NCBI GenBank assembly: GCA_963639715.1
Contig: CAVHWW010000047.1
Coordinates: forward strand, 1-48,199
DNA length: 48,199 nucleotides
Source of the DNA: Acutalibacteraceae bacterium
GTDB lineage: Bacteria; Actinomycetota; Coriobacteriia; Coriobacteriales; Atopobiaceae
Direction: 5' to 3'
Below are positions 1 to 9,731 of the stretch, one piece after another. How positions within the stretch are numbered: the first letter of the stretch is position 1; each line of letters begins with the position of its first letter. The position numbers and the translations under genes were made by a program. The notes below the pieces were generated by a model. The model made no database searches and was not told the DNA's origin. It saw nothing but the letters and a program-made list of their open reading frames with translations.

Positions 1-60
1 CGCCGCGGGTAGCGCGGCACCGGCCCGGCCGAGGCGGCCAACGGCCACATCAACGTCAAC

Positions 61-95
61 GAGGGCGGCAGGACCAACCTGCCGCCCTCTTTTTT
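61..95 (+). terminator. Intrinsic terminator of an upstream transcript outside the window
   Basis: Perfect 12-bp stem GAGGGCGGCAGG/CCTGCCGCCCTC, 5-nt loop, followed by T6. Confidence 0.85.
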
Positions 96-242
96 GTTAA
101 CAGGGGCCCGATACCCTGGGCGTCCGCAGGAATTGGGGGCAGTTCAATCGCAAGCGCGACTATTAGAGGCTTAATGCCCAGGGCGCCTGTCAAGACAAGA
201 TGGCGGATTCGAGCAAAAGCGTGACTATGCGCAGGGGGGGCT

Positions 243-478
243 GGGTTGTCGCAAATAGCTACGAATCCCGCAAATGTATCCCCGTGCAACATCTCCGAAG
301 ACCTGCTGGATCGATGCGCTTGCGAGACGAGCCTTCTTCCTGGGGTTTTGTAATTTGAATATGTCTAACGCCAGATCGGGGTTGTCGCATTCGGTTGCAA
401 ATCCCGCAAACGCATGCGCGCGAGACATCGGGGTTGTCGCGTCCGGTTGCAAATCCCGCAAACGCATGCGTGTGCAAC
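243..478. repeat. Intergenic ~52-bp repeat cluster (two tandem copies plus one diverged copy)
   Basis: 375-426 and 427-478 both read ATCGGGGTTGTCGC-N4-GGTTGCAAATCCCGCAAACGCATGCG; 243-292 aligns ungapped to 431-480 at 36/50. Confidence 0.8.
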
Positions 479-624
479 GTTGGGGCGACAGCGTGGGCCA
501 GACAATCTCGCGTGAATGCAACCACGAGCGATAGGGGAGACCCTCGTTCTCGATGCCAATTCGAACGCAAAATAGGCAGTGCAAACCATGCCCTCGCACC
601 TGCGAAAATTGCCACATATAGAGA

Positions 625-653
625 TTGTGAAGCGGCCCATGCGTGTGTATACT
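625..653 (+). promoter_or_regulatory. Putative sigma70-type promoter of the rplC (S10-type) operon
   Basis: TTGTGA (625-630), 17-bp spacer, TATACT (648-653), ~220 nt upstream of rplC. Confidence 0.65.
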
Positions 654-876
654 AGTCAGGCTGTGCTTTTAGGGGCATGCTGTGTCGGAACCATAACACG
701 GTTCCGGGCGTATCCCTCGAACGGGCTCGAGAAGCAACTGCTTCCGCCGGCAACGCGAGGAAAACAGCTCACAGCCAACGCCCTCACCCGCACGGTGCAA
801 GTAGGTCGTGGTCCTCTGGGGCCGGGCACAAGGGGTGTCCGCAACAACCCAAGACCACCGAGTGTTAGGAACGTGT

Positions 877-1497
877 ATGGTCAGCACCATCCTCGGCCGC
901 AAGATCGGGATGACCCAGGTGTTTGACGAGGACGACAACGTCGTGCCCGTCACGGTCATCCAGGCCGGCCCCTGCGTCGTTTCGCAGGTCAAGACCGTTG
1001 CCACCGACGGCTACGATGCCGTTCAGATTGGCTTCGGCGAGGTCAAGAAGTCCCGTCTCAACAAGCCCATGGCTGGTCACTTCGCCAAGGCTGGCGTCGA
1101 GCCCATGCGCTACCTGCGCGAGGTTCGCGTTGAGAACGGCGAGGACCACAAGGTGGGCGACGTCGTGTCCGTCGCCGACTTCTCCGAGGTCAAGAGCGTT
1201 GACGTCACCGGCACCTCCAAGGGCAAGGGCTTCCAGGGCACCATTAAGCGCTGGAACTTCGCCTGCGGTCCCATGACGCACGGTTCGCGCAACCAGCGCA
1301 AGCCGGGTTCCATCGGTCAGTGCGCTTATCCCTCCCGTGTCCGCAAGGGCCTCCACATGGCTGGCCACATGGGCGACGAGCGCGTCACCGTCAAGAACCT
1401 CAAGCTCGTCCGCGTTGACGCCGAGCAGAACCTCATGCTCGTGAAGGGCGCCGTCCCCGGCGGCAAGAACGCCCTCGTCTCGATCCGCATGGCCTAA
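877..1497 (+). CDS. rplC: 50S ribosomal protein L3
   Basis: [26 protein letters not shown] and RKPGSIG motifs; ATG 877 after AGGA. Confidence 0.97.
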   Translation: MVSTILGRKIGMTQVFDEDDNVVPVTVIQAGPCVVSQVKTVATDGYDAVQIGFGEVKKSRLNKPMAGHFAKAGVEPMRYLREVRVENGEDHKVGDVVSVADFSEVKSVDVTGTSKGKGFQGTIKRWNFACGPMTHGSRNQRKPGSIGQCAYPSRVRKGLHMAGHMGDERVTVKNLKLVRVDAEQNLMLVKGAVPGGKNALVSIRMA

Positions 1498-1539
1498 GGG
1501 CCCCAAGCAAATAACCTTTAGGCTTCCAAGGAGAACATG

Positions 1540-2166
1540 ATGTCCAAGATCGAAATCAAGAACGCGGAGGGCAAGGCGGTAGAGACCGTCGAGTTCGACT
1601 CCAGCGTTTTCGGCATTGAGCCGAACATTGCCGTTATCCACCAGGTCGTGACCGTGCAGCTCGGCAACCTTCGCCAGGGCACCCACGACACCAAGGGCCG
1701 CTCTGAGGTCTCCGGTGGCGGCGCCAAGCCGTGGCGTCAGAAGGGCACCGGCCGTGCCCGTCAGGGCTCCATCCGCGCCACCCAGTGGGTCGGCGGCGGC
1801 GTGCCCTTTGGCCCCACCCCCCGCACTCACAACCGTCGCGTGAACAACAAGGAGGTCAAGCTCGCCATGCGCGGCGTGCTCTCCGGCAAGGTCCGCGACA
1901 ACGAGCTCGTCGTTGTCGACAACTACGGCTTCGACAAGCCCTGCACCAAGCAGGCCGTCGCCCTCCTCAAGGCCCTGGGCCTCGAGGGCAAGCGCGTCAC
2001 CCTTGTCGTTGCTGATGACGACATCTACACCTACCTGTCCTTCCGCAACGTCGAGACCGTCCGTGTCCTCGGCGTCAGCGAGGTCACCACGCACTCCCTC
2101 ATCGACAACGCCGCTCTCGTCCTCAACACCGAGTGCGCCAAGAAGCTCGAGGAGGTGCTCGCTTAA
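1540..2166 (+). CDS. rplD: 50S ribosomal protein L4
   Basis: RQGTHDTKGRSEVSGGGAKPWRQKGTGRARQGS; start 1540 (or 1537) after AAGGAG. Confidence 0.97.
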   Translation: MSKIEIKNAEGKAVETVEFDSSVFGIEPNIAVIHQVVTVQLGNLRQGTHDTKGRSEVSGGGAKPWRQKGTGRARQGSIRATQWVGGGVPFGPTPRTHNRRVNNKEVKLAMRGVLSGKVRDNELVVVDNYGFDKPCTKQAVALLKALGLEGKRVTLVVADDDIYTYLSFRNVETVRVLGVSEVTTHSLIDNAALVLNTECAKKLEEVLA

Positions 2167-2466
2167 ATGAACTCCGTCTACAACGTCATCATCCGCCCGA
2201 TCGTCTCCGAGCGTTCCTTCGACCTCATGGGCCAGAACAAGTACACCTTCGAGGTTGCCAAGCAGGCTCCCAAGGAGGAGATTGCCGCCGCGGTTGAGAA
2301 GCTCTTCGGCGTCCACGTTCTTAAGGTCAACACCATCAACGTGAAGCCCAAGAAGAAGCGCGTCCGCTACGTCGCTGGCATGACCCGCTCCTGGAAGAAG
2401 GCCGTCGTCACTATCGCTGACGGCGAGACCATCGAGGTCTTCGGCCAGCAGGCCACCGAGGAGTAG
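2167..2466 (+). CDS. rplW: 50S ribosomal protein L23
   Basis: IIRPIVSE, NKYTFEV, KVNT, WKKAVVT; operon order. Confidence 0.96.
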   Translation: MNSVYNVIIRPIVSERSFDLMGQNKYTFEVAKQAPKEEIAAAVEKLFGVHVLKVNTINVKPKKKRVRYVAGMTRSWKKAVVTIADGETIEVFGQQATEE

Positions 2467-2640
2467 GCAAGGTACTCCCGCCTCCGTCCTCGTGACGGGG
2501 GCGTGTCCGCGCCGCGCCGAAGGATACGCGCGGCACCGTGGTAATCCGGCGTCATCTCGCCGAGGCCACAAGGGAGAAATCCCCACCCGGCCTCATCCCT
2601 TGAGCGGGATGGCCAACGGAACTAAGAAAGGGAAAGCAAC

Positions 2641-3474
<834 letters not shown>

Positions 3475-3498
3475 CGCGAGAAGTAGGAGAAAGCACCT

Positions 3499-3759
3499 AT
3501 GAGCAGAAGTCTCAAGAAGGGCCCGTTCGTGGAGACTCGCCTCCTTTCGCGTGTCGCTGCGATGAACGAGGCTGGCAAGAAGGAGGTCATCAAGACCTGG
3601 TCGCGCGCCTCTACCATCTTCCCGGAGATGGTCGGTCACACGATCGCCGTCCACGATGGCCGCAAGCACGTGCCCGTGTATGTCACCGAGTCCATGGTTG
3701 GTCACAAGCTGGGCGAGTTCGCCCCGACCCGCACCTTCCGTGGCCACAAGAACGCCTAA
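3499..3759 (+). CDS. rpsS: 30S ribosomal protein S19
   Basis: [31 protein letters not shown]. Confidence 0.98.
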   Translation: MSRSLKKGPFVETRLLSRVAAMNEAGKKEVIKTWSRASTIFPEMVGHTIAVHDGRKHVPVYVTESMVGHKLGEFAPTRTFRGHKNA

Positions 3760-3773
3760 GGGGGTACTGACAA

Positions 3774-4136
3774 ATGGCTAAGAACACCAACCCGAACTGG
3801 GTCTCGGCAACCGCCAAGTACGTCCGTGTCGCCCCGCGCAAGGCTCGTCTTGTCGTTGATCAGATCCGCAACCAGTCCGTCGAGCGCGCCAACGAGATCC
3901 TCCAGTTCTCCGAGCGTGCCGTCGCCGTCGACGTGGAGAAGGTTCTCCGCTCCGCTACGGCCAACGCTTACCAGAACAAGGGCATGCGTCCCGACGACCT
4001 CGTGATCGTGGCCGCCTACGTGGACGAGGGCCCGACGCTCAAGCGCATCCGCCCGCGCGCCAAGGGCTCCGCGAGCCGCATCAACAAGCGCACGAGCCAC
4101 ATCACCATCACCGTCGCTCCCCGAAAGGAGGCGTAA
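3774..4136 (+). CDS. rplV: 50S ribosomal protein L22
   Basis: [32 protein letters not shown]. Confidence 0.97.
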   Translation: MAKNTNPNWVSATAKYVRVAPRKARLVVDQIRNQSVERANEILQFSERAVAVDVEKVLRSATANAYQNKGMRPDDLVIVAAYVDEGPTLKRIRPRAKGSASRINKRTSHITITVAPRKEA

Positions 4137-4142
4137 AGCCAC

Positions 4143-4849
<707 letters not shown>

Positions 4850-4850
<1 letters not shown>

Positions 4851-5281
4851 TGCTGGCTCCTAAGCGCATCCTCCACCGTAAGGTTCAGCGTGGCTCCATG
4901 AAGGGCCAGGCTAAGGGCAACACCAAGCTCTACTTCGGTGAGTACGGCATCCAGGCCCTCGAGGCTCACTGGATCACCAACCGTCAGATCGAGGCCGCTC
5001 GTATCGCCATGACCCGTTACATGAAGCGTGGCGGTAAGGTCTGGATCACCATCTTCCCGGACAAGCCCATCTCCAAGAAGCCCGCCGAGACCCGCATGGG
5101 CAAGGGTAAGGGTAACCCCGAGGAGTGGGTGGCCGTGGTCAAGCCCGGCCGCATCATGTTCGAGATTGGCGGCGTCTCCGACGAGATCGCCAGGGAGGCC
5201 CTCCGTCTTGCTCAGCACAAGCTGCCCATCAAGACGAAGATCGTCGCCCTCTCCGACCAGGCTGGGAAGGACGAGCAGTAA
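4850..5281 (+). CDS. rplP: 50S ribosomal protein L16
   Basis: [23 protein letters not shown]. Confidence 0.98.
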
Positions 5282-5490
5282 TGAAGATGACCGAAATCCG
5301 CGAGCTCTCTGACGAGCAGCTCGCCCAGAAGCTTGAGGACGGCCGCGCCGAGCTCTTCAACCTGCGTTTCCAGATGGCCACCAGCCAGCTGGACAACACG
5401 GCCCGCGTGACCAACGTCAAGCGTGACATTGCCCGCATCCAGACCGAGATGCGCGCCCGCCAGATCGCCAGCGAATCCGCTGCCGAGTAA
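5281..5490 (+). CDS. rpmC: 50S ribosomal protein L29
   Basis: ELFNLRFQMATSQL, VKRDIARIQT; TAATG overlap with rplP. Confidence 0.96.
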   Translation: MKMTEIRELSDEQLAQKLEDGRAELFNLRFQMATSQLDNTARVTNVKRDIARIQTEMRARQIASESAAE

Positions 5491-5509
5491 GAGAGTCTAG
5501 GGAGTAAAC

Positions 5510-5776
5510 ATGAGCGATACCGAGGCTCGCAACAGCCGCAAGGTGCGCACGGGCGTCGTCACCTCCATCTCCGGTGCCAAGAGCATCGTCGTGAAGATCG
5601 ACAACCGCAAGCGTCACCCCAAGTACGGCAAGATGATTACCATCACCAAGAAGCTCCACGCCCACGACGAGAACGAGGTCGCGCACGTCGGCGACACCGT
5701 CAAGGTCATGGAGACGCGTCCGATGTCCAAGACGAAGCGCTGGCGCCTCGTCGAGGTCGTTGAGGCCGCCAAGTAA
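5510..5776 (+). CDS. rpsQ: 30S ribosomal protein S17
   Basis: [23 protein letters not shown]. Confidence 0.97.
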   Translation: MSDTEARNSRKVRTGVVTSISGAKSIVVKIDNRKRHPKYGKMITITKKLHAHDENEVAHVGDTVKVMETRPMSKTKRWRLVEVVEAAK

Positions 5777-5860
5777 CATACCAAGGCCCTCTTCCGGCCA
5801 AGTGCGTCGCACGTGTGGGCGCACCTCTGGCCCGGATGAGCTTCTGAAAGGGATTTTGCA

Positions 5861-6229
5861 ATGATTCAGATGCAAACCATGCTCACCGTTGCCGATAACT
5901 CCGGCGCCAAGCGCGTGAGGTGCATTAAGGTCCTGGGCGGCTCCAAGCGTCGTTACGCCGGTCTTGCCGACGTCATCATCGCCGCCGTGCAGGAGGCCAC
6001 CCCGGGTGGCTCCGTCAAGAAGGGCGACGTCGTTCGCTGCGTCATCGTGCGCACCGCCAAGGAGAACCGTCGCAAGGACGGCAGCTACATCAAGTTCGAC
6101 CAGAACGCCTGCGTTCTGATCGACAAGGACGGCGGCCCCGTGGGCACCCGTATCTTCGGGCCTGTCGCCCGTGAGCTGCGCGACCACAAGTACATGAAGA
6201 TCGTCTCTCTCGCGCCTGAGACGCTTTAG
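5861..6229 (+). CDS. rplN: 50S ribosomal protein L14
   Basis: [28 protein letters not shown]. Confidence 0.98.
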   Translation: MIQMQTMLTVADNSGAKRVRCIKVLGGSKRRYAGLADVIIAAVQEATPGGSVKKGDVVRCVIVRTAKENRRKDGSYIKFDQNACVLIDKDGGPVGTRIFGPVARELRDHKYMKIVSLAPETL

Positions 6230-6243
6230 AAGGAGTCGCGAAC

Positions 6244-6576
6244 ATGGCTAAGATGAAGATCAAGAAGGGCGACACCGTCGAGGTTCTCTCCGGCAAGGAC
6301 AAGGGCAAGCGCGGCATGGTCGTGCGCGCCCTGCCCGCCGAGGGCAAGGTCGTCGTCGAGGGCGTCGCCGTGGCCAAGAAGGCCCAGCGCCCCACCCAGG
6401 AGAACCAGCAGGGCGGCTTCGTGAACAAGGAGATGCCCATCGACGTCTCCAACGTCGCGCTGATCGACCCCAAGACCGACAAGCCCACGCGCGTCGGCTA
6501 CCGCTTCGAGGAGGACGGCACCAAGGTCCGTTTCGCCAAGAAGAGCGGCGAGGTCATTCCTGACCCTGCCAAGTAG
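6244..6576 (+). CDS. rplX: 50S ribosomal protein L24
   Basis: KIKKGDTVEVLSGKDKGK KOW motif, EMPIDVSNV. Confidence 0.97.
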   Translation: MAKMKIKKGDTVEVLSGKDKGKRGMVVRALPAEGKVVVEGVAVAKKAQRPTQENQQGGFVNKEMPIDVSNVALIDPKTDKPTRVGYRFEEDGTKVRFAKKSGEVIPDPAK

Positions 6577-6609
6577 TTCTTGCGGGATTACCCGCTAGCA
6601 CTTGAGCTC

Positions 6610-6647
6610 AAGCCCCGTAGGAGAAATCCTGCGGGGCTTTTTGTTTT
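6610..6647 (+). terminator. Intrinsic terminator after rplX, splitting the spc operon
   Basis: 11-bp stem GCCCCGTAGGA/TCCTGCGGGGC with GAAA tetraloop, followed by TTTTTGTTTT. Confidence 0.85.
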
Positions 6648-7055
6648 GACGAGCTTGGCTTGTGGGCTGTTCGCGTTCGCCCGTGGATTCATCTCGGCGG
6701 TTATCTCTAAAGCTGTTGAACGGGGGGTGCCTGCTTCATCGTCCCTGCTTGAGCGGCTAGACCCGTTCCGCACCTCCTTCCGGCTCGGGAAGCTCTGCTT
6801 GTGCTTCCGCTCTAACCCGCAAAGAAATCAGCATTGCCGCGATGATCGAGCGGCACGACGTGTTTCGCCATTCCGGCTTGGACGCCTCTAATTGTTGGGT
6901 GGCCCGAACCGGGGCACGCACCACATCGCCGCTCCGCGAAAATTTGCGCCGCTCGTCGGGTGGCTGTGGATAGCCAACAGGCCTTGGGGGACTCTTAGAG
7001 CCAAGACAGCGTCACCTGAGCGCGGGTAGTCCCGCGCAAGACGAAGGGAGCAACC

Positions 7056-7349
7056 ATGGGAGTGATGGCGGAAGAGAAGCTCGAAATCGGACCTGATGGC
7101 CTCGAGGGCTATCTGCGCTCCGCAACGCGCGTGTTCGCCAAGGTGGGGGAGGACACCTACTACGTCACCCACACTGACGGCTACTGGCGCGTGCAGGACT
7201 GCTCCAAGCTCAACGAAAAGGGCCACTTCACTGATTGCTCCGAACTCGTCCCCACGGTTGACGAAGTCTTGAACCTTCCGGCCCTTGGCGGCAAGACGCT
7301 GCTTGAGGTGGCCGGCGAGGCAGAGTTCTTCGAGAGCTTGCCCGAGTAG
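7056..7349 (+). CDS. Small acidic hypothetical protein (97 aa) between rplX and rplE
   Basis: AAGGGAG RBS 5 nt upstream of ATG; host-like GC3-rich codons; no recognisable catalytic motif. Confidence 0.75.
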   Translation: MGVMAEEKLEIGPDGLEGYLRSATRVFAKVGEDTYYVTHTDGYWRVQDCSKLNEKGHFTDCSELVPTVDEVLNLPALGGKTLLEVAGEAEFFESLPE

Positions 7350-7562
7350 GCTGGCGCTCCAGGAAGGGGTCTTCGCGAGGGCGCGGGCGACGCGGCACGG
7401 GAAGCGACGAAGGGAAGCGCTTCCCATATAGTCCGCGGGTGCCCGGCAACGGGCTAGCCAAGCGAGGAGAGATGGCGTCGCATTCGTGCGGCGCCATTTT
7501 TAGTGAGTTGTGTCAGTGTCGTGTGCGCGGGTGCCACCCTGCGGAAATGTACAAATTTGTAC

Positions 7563-7591
7563 TGGTAAATGGCCTCACAAAGGCATATCCT
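7563..7591 (+). promoter_or_regulatory. Putative promoter for the distal spc genes (rplE onward)
   Basis: TGGTAA, 17 bp, TATCCT; a promoter is expected after the 6610 terminator; shares an upstream CCTGCGRAAAT motif with the rplC promoter. Confidence 0.45.
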
Positions 7592-7736
7592 TATGAGCTG
7601 CACTGTGAAGGCTCCTGCCGATTAGCCGTCGAGCAGGAGGCATGAGGATAACGGGGCGCCCGGCACACGTGTTGCTAGCAGCGCAAACGCCGGCGTCAAC
7701 GCCAACCCCATGCTGAGAACCCCATAAGGAGTGAAC

Positions 7737-8297
7737 ATGGCTGAAGAGAAGTACGTCCCGCGCTTCAAGACCCTCTACAAGGACGAGGTCCGCGCCAAGC
7801 TCATCGAGCAGTTCGGCTACACCAACCCCATGACCGTTCCCCAGATCGAGAAGATCGTCGTGAACATGGGTGTCGGCGAGGCCGCTACCGATTCCAAGGC
7901 CATCGACGGCGCCGTTGCCGACCTGCGCACCATCACCGGTCAGCAGCCCACCATCCGTCGTGCCCGTAAGTCCATCGCTACCTTCCACCTCCGTGAGGGT
8001 CAGCCCATCGGCGCCAAGGTCACCCTGCGCGGCGACCGCATGTGGGACTTCCTGGATCGTCTGATCTGCGTTGCCATCCCCCGTATCCGCGACTTCCGCG
8101 GCATCTCTGCCAAGAGCTTCGACGGCCGTGGCAACTTCTCCATGGGCGTGACCGAGCAGCTCATCTTCCCCGAGATTGACTTCGACAAGATGGACCGCAC
8201 CCGTGGCATGGACATCACCATCGTCACCACCGCCAAGACCAACGAGGAGGGCAAGGCGCTTCTCGACGCCTTCAACTTCCCGTTCAAGGAGAACTAA
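7737..8297 (+). CDS. rplE: 50S ribosomal protein L5
   Basis: [39 protein letters not shown] 7737 after AAGGAG. Confidence 0.98.
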   Translation: MAEEKYVPRFKTLYKDEVRAKLIEQFGYTNPMTVPQIEKIVVNMGVGEAATDSKAIDGAVADLRTITGQQPTIRRARKSIATFHLREGQPIGAKVTLRGDRMWDFLDRLICVAIPRIRDFRGISAKSFDGRGNFSMGVTEQLIFPEIDFDKMDRTRGMDITIVTTAKTNEEGKALLDAFNFPFKEN

Positions 8298-8401
8298 ACC
8301 TATTAGGTAATCCCGCTGCCGGAGCAATCCGGCAGCGTCGTCGCATAAGCGACATGGACAAAGCCGCATAAGGATGCGGCCGAAACCCAGAAGGAGGATT
8401 T

Positions 8402-8587
8402 GTGGCTAAGACATCGATGATCGTCAAGGCATCGCGTGAGCCGAAGTACTCTACGCGCACCCAGAACCGCTGCCAGCGCTGCGGCCGTCCGCACAGCGTG
8501 TATCGCAAGTTCGGCCTGTGCCGTGTGTGCTTCCGCGAGCTCGCGAGCAAGGGCGAGCTTCCCGGCGTCCGCAAGGCGAGCTGGTAG
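8402..8587 (+). CDS. rpsZ: 30S ribosomal protein S14, zinc-binding type Z
   Basis: 61 aa, CQRC...CRVC zinc ribbon, [12 protein letters not shown] start after AAGGAGG. Confidence 0.97.
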   Translation: MAKTSMIVKASREPKYSTRTQNRCQRCGRPHSVYRKFGLCRVCFRELASKGELPGVRKASW

Positions 8588-8626
8588 GACATCCGTCCCC
8601 AGCTCCAAGGGCAGAAGGAAGACTCC

Positions 8627-8666
8627 CGTTCAGGTGCTTGGGCCACGGGTTCAAGTAAACCGAGCG
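8627..8666 (+). promoter_or_regulatory. Candidate S8-binding mRNA element (16S helix-21 mimic) upstream of rpsH
   Basis: Hairpin CGTTC-A-GG-TGCTTGGGCC-acg-GGTTCAAGTA-AA-CC-GAGCG with the bulged-A / 2-bp / 2-nt-bulge / U-A geometry of the S8 site. Confidence 0.6.
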
Positions 8667-8698
8667 AAGAGGTTCATCCCTACCGAAGGAGAAACTCA

Positions 8699-9097
8699 AT
8701 GAACGTTACCGATCCCATTGCAGACATGCTCACGCGCATCCGCAACGGCAACACCGCCGGCAAGGAAGTCGTCAGCATGCCGTCGAGCAAGGTGCTCGTC
8801 GAGATCGCCCGTGTTATCACGGAAGAGGGCTACATCGAGGGCTACGCCGTCGAGGACACCAAGCCCCAGAAGACCCTGCACATCACCCTCAAGTATGGCG
8901 CTCGTCGTGCCCGCGTCATCCGCGGCATCAAGCGCATCTCTAAGCCCGGCCTGCGCATCTACTCCAAGGCCGAGGATCTTCCTCGCGTCCTCGGTGGCCT
9001 GGGCACCGCCGTCATCTCCACTTCCAAGGGCATGATGTGCGACCGCGACGCCCGTAAGCTCGGCGTCGGCGGCGAAGTCATCGCCTACGTCTGGTAA
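8699..9097 (+). CDS. rpsH: 30S ribosomal protein S8
   Basis: [32 protein letters not shown]. Confidence 0.98.
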   Translation: MNVTDPIADMLTRIRNGNTAGKEVVSMPSSKVLVEIARVITEEGYIEGYAVEDTKPQKTLHITLKYGARRARVIRGIKRISKPGLRIYSKAEDLPRVLGGLGTAVISTSKGMMCDRDARKLGVGGEVIAYVW

Positions 9098-9125
9098 CCC
9101 ACGGCAGGATAGGAAAGGAGACACT

Positions 9126-9662
9126 ATGTCCCGCATTGGCAAGAAGCCTGTCCAGATTCCCGCCGGAGTCACTGTGACAGTCAATGGCACTAACGTCCAC
9201 GTCAAGGGCCCCAAGGGCGAGCTTGAGCGCACCTTCTCCGAGCTCGTGACCATCACGCAGGAGGGCGAGGAGATCATCGTCGCCACCGCTGAGGAGTCCC
9301 GCGACGCCAACGCCCAGCACGGCCTCGTCCGCACCCTCATCAACAACATGGTTATCGGCGTCTCCGCTGGCTTCCAGAAGCAGCTCGAGCTCACCGGCGT
9401 TGGCTACCGTGTTGCTCTCAAGGGCAAGGACCTCGACCTTTCCCTGGGCTACTCCCACCCCGTGATCTACAAGGCTCCCGAGAACATCACGTTCGAGGTG
9501 CCCGACAACACGCACATCAACGTGAACGGCATCTCCAAGGAGCAGGTCGGCCAGGTTGCCGCCGAGATTCGCATGAAGCGTCCTCCCGAGCCGTACAAGG
9601 GCAAGGGCATCCACTACATGGGTGAGCACATCCGTCGTAAGCTCGGCAAGGCCGCCAAGTAA
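9126..9662 (+). CDS. rplF: 50S ribosomal protein L6
   Basis: MSRIGKKPV, LGYSHPV, RPPEPYKGKGI. Confidence 0.98.
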   Translation: MSRIGKKPVQIPAGVTVTVNGTNVHVKGPKGELERTFSELVTITQEGEEIIVATAEESRDANAQHGLVRTLINNMVIGVSAGFQKQLELTGVGYRVALKGKDLDLSLGYSHPVIYKAPENITFEVPDNTHINVNGISKEQVGQVAAEIRMKRPPEPYKGKGIHYMGEHIRRKLGKAAK

Positions 9663-9731
9663 CGGCTTGCGCCCAGTAAGTCATAAAAGTCCGTCACCCT
9701 GTCAGGTGACGGCGTGACTAAGGAGAAACGT

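Noticed and set aside
97..193. Imperfect inverted repeat (ACAGG..CCCTGGGC / GCCCAGGG..CCTGT) as IS ends
   Set aside because: Short interrupted arms, no transposase and no target duplication
243..478. Possible mini-CRISPR array
   Set aside because: Copies abut with no unique 25-45 nt spacers, and no cas genes are in the window
56..926. Short overlapping ORFs upstream of rplC as rpsJ or leader peptides
   Set aside because: No S10 motifs; they merely translate the repeat cluster and leader
6580..6891. 103-aa ORF after rplX
   Set aside because: Runs through the terminator, has no RBS and non-host codon usage
7021..7036. CGGGTA word before the small ORF (also near 31346) as an alternative-sigma promoter
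   Set aside because: Only two weak instances without a consistent -35; also explained by small hairpins
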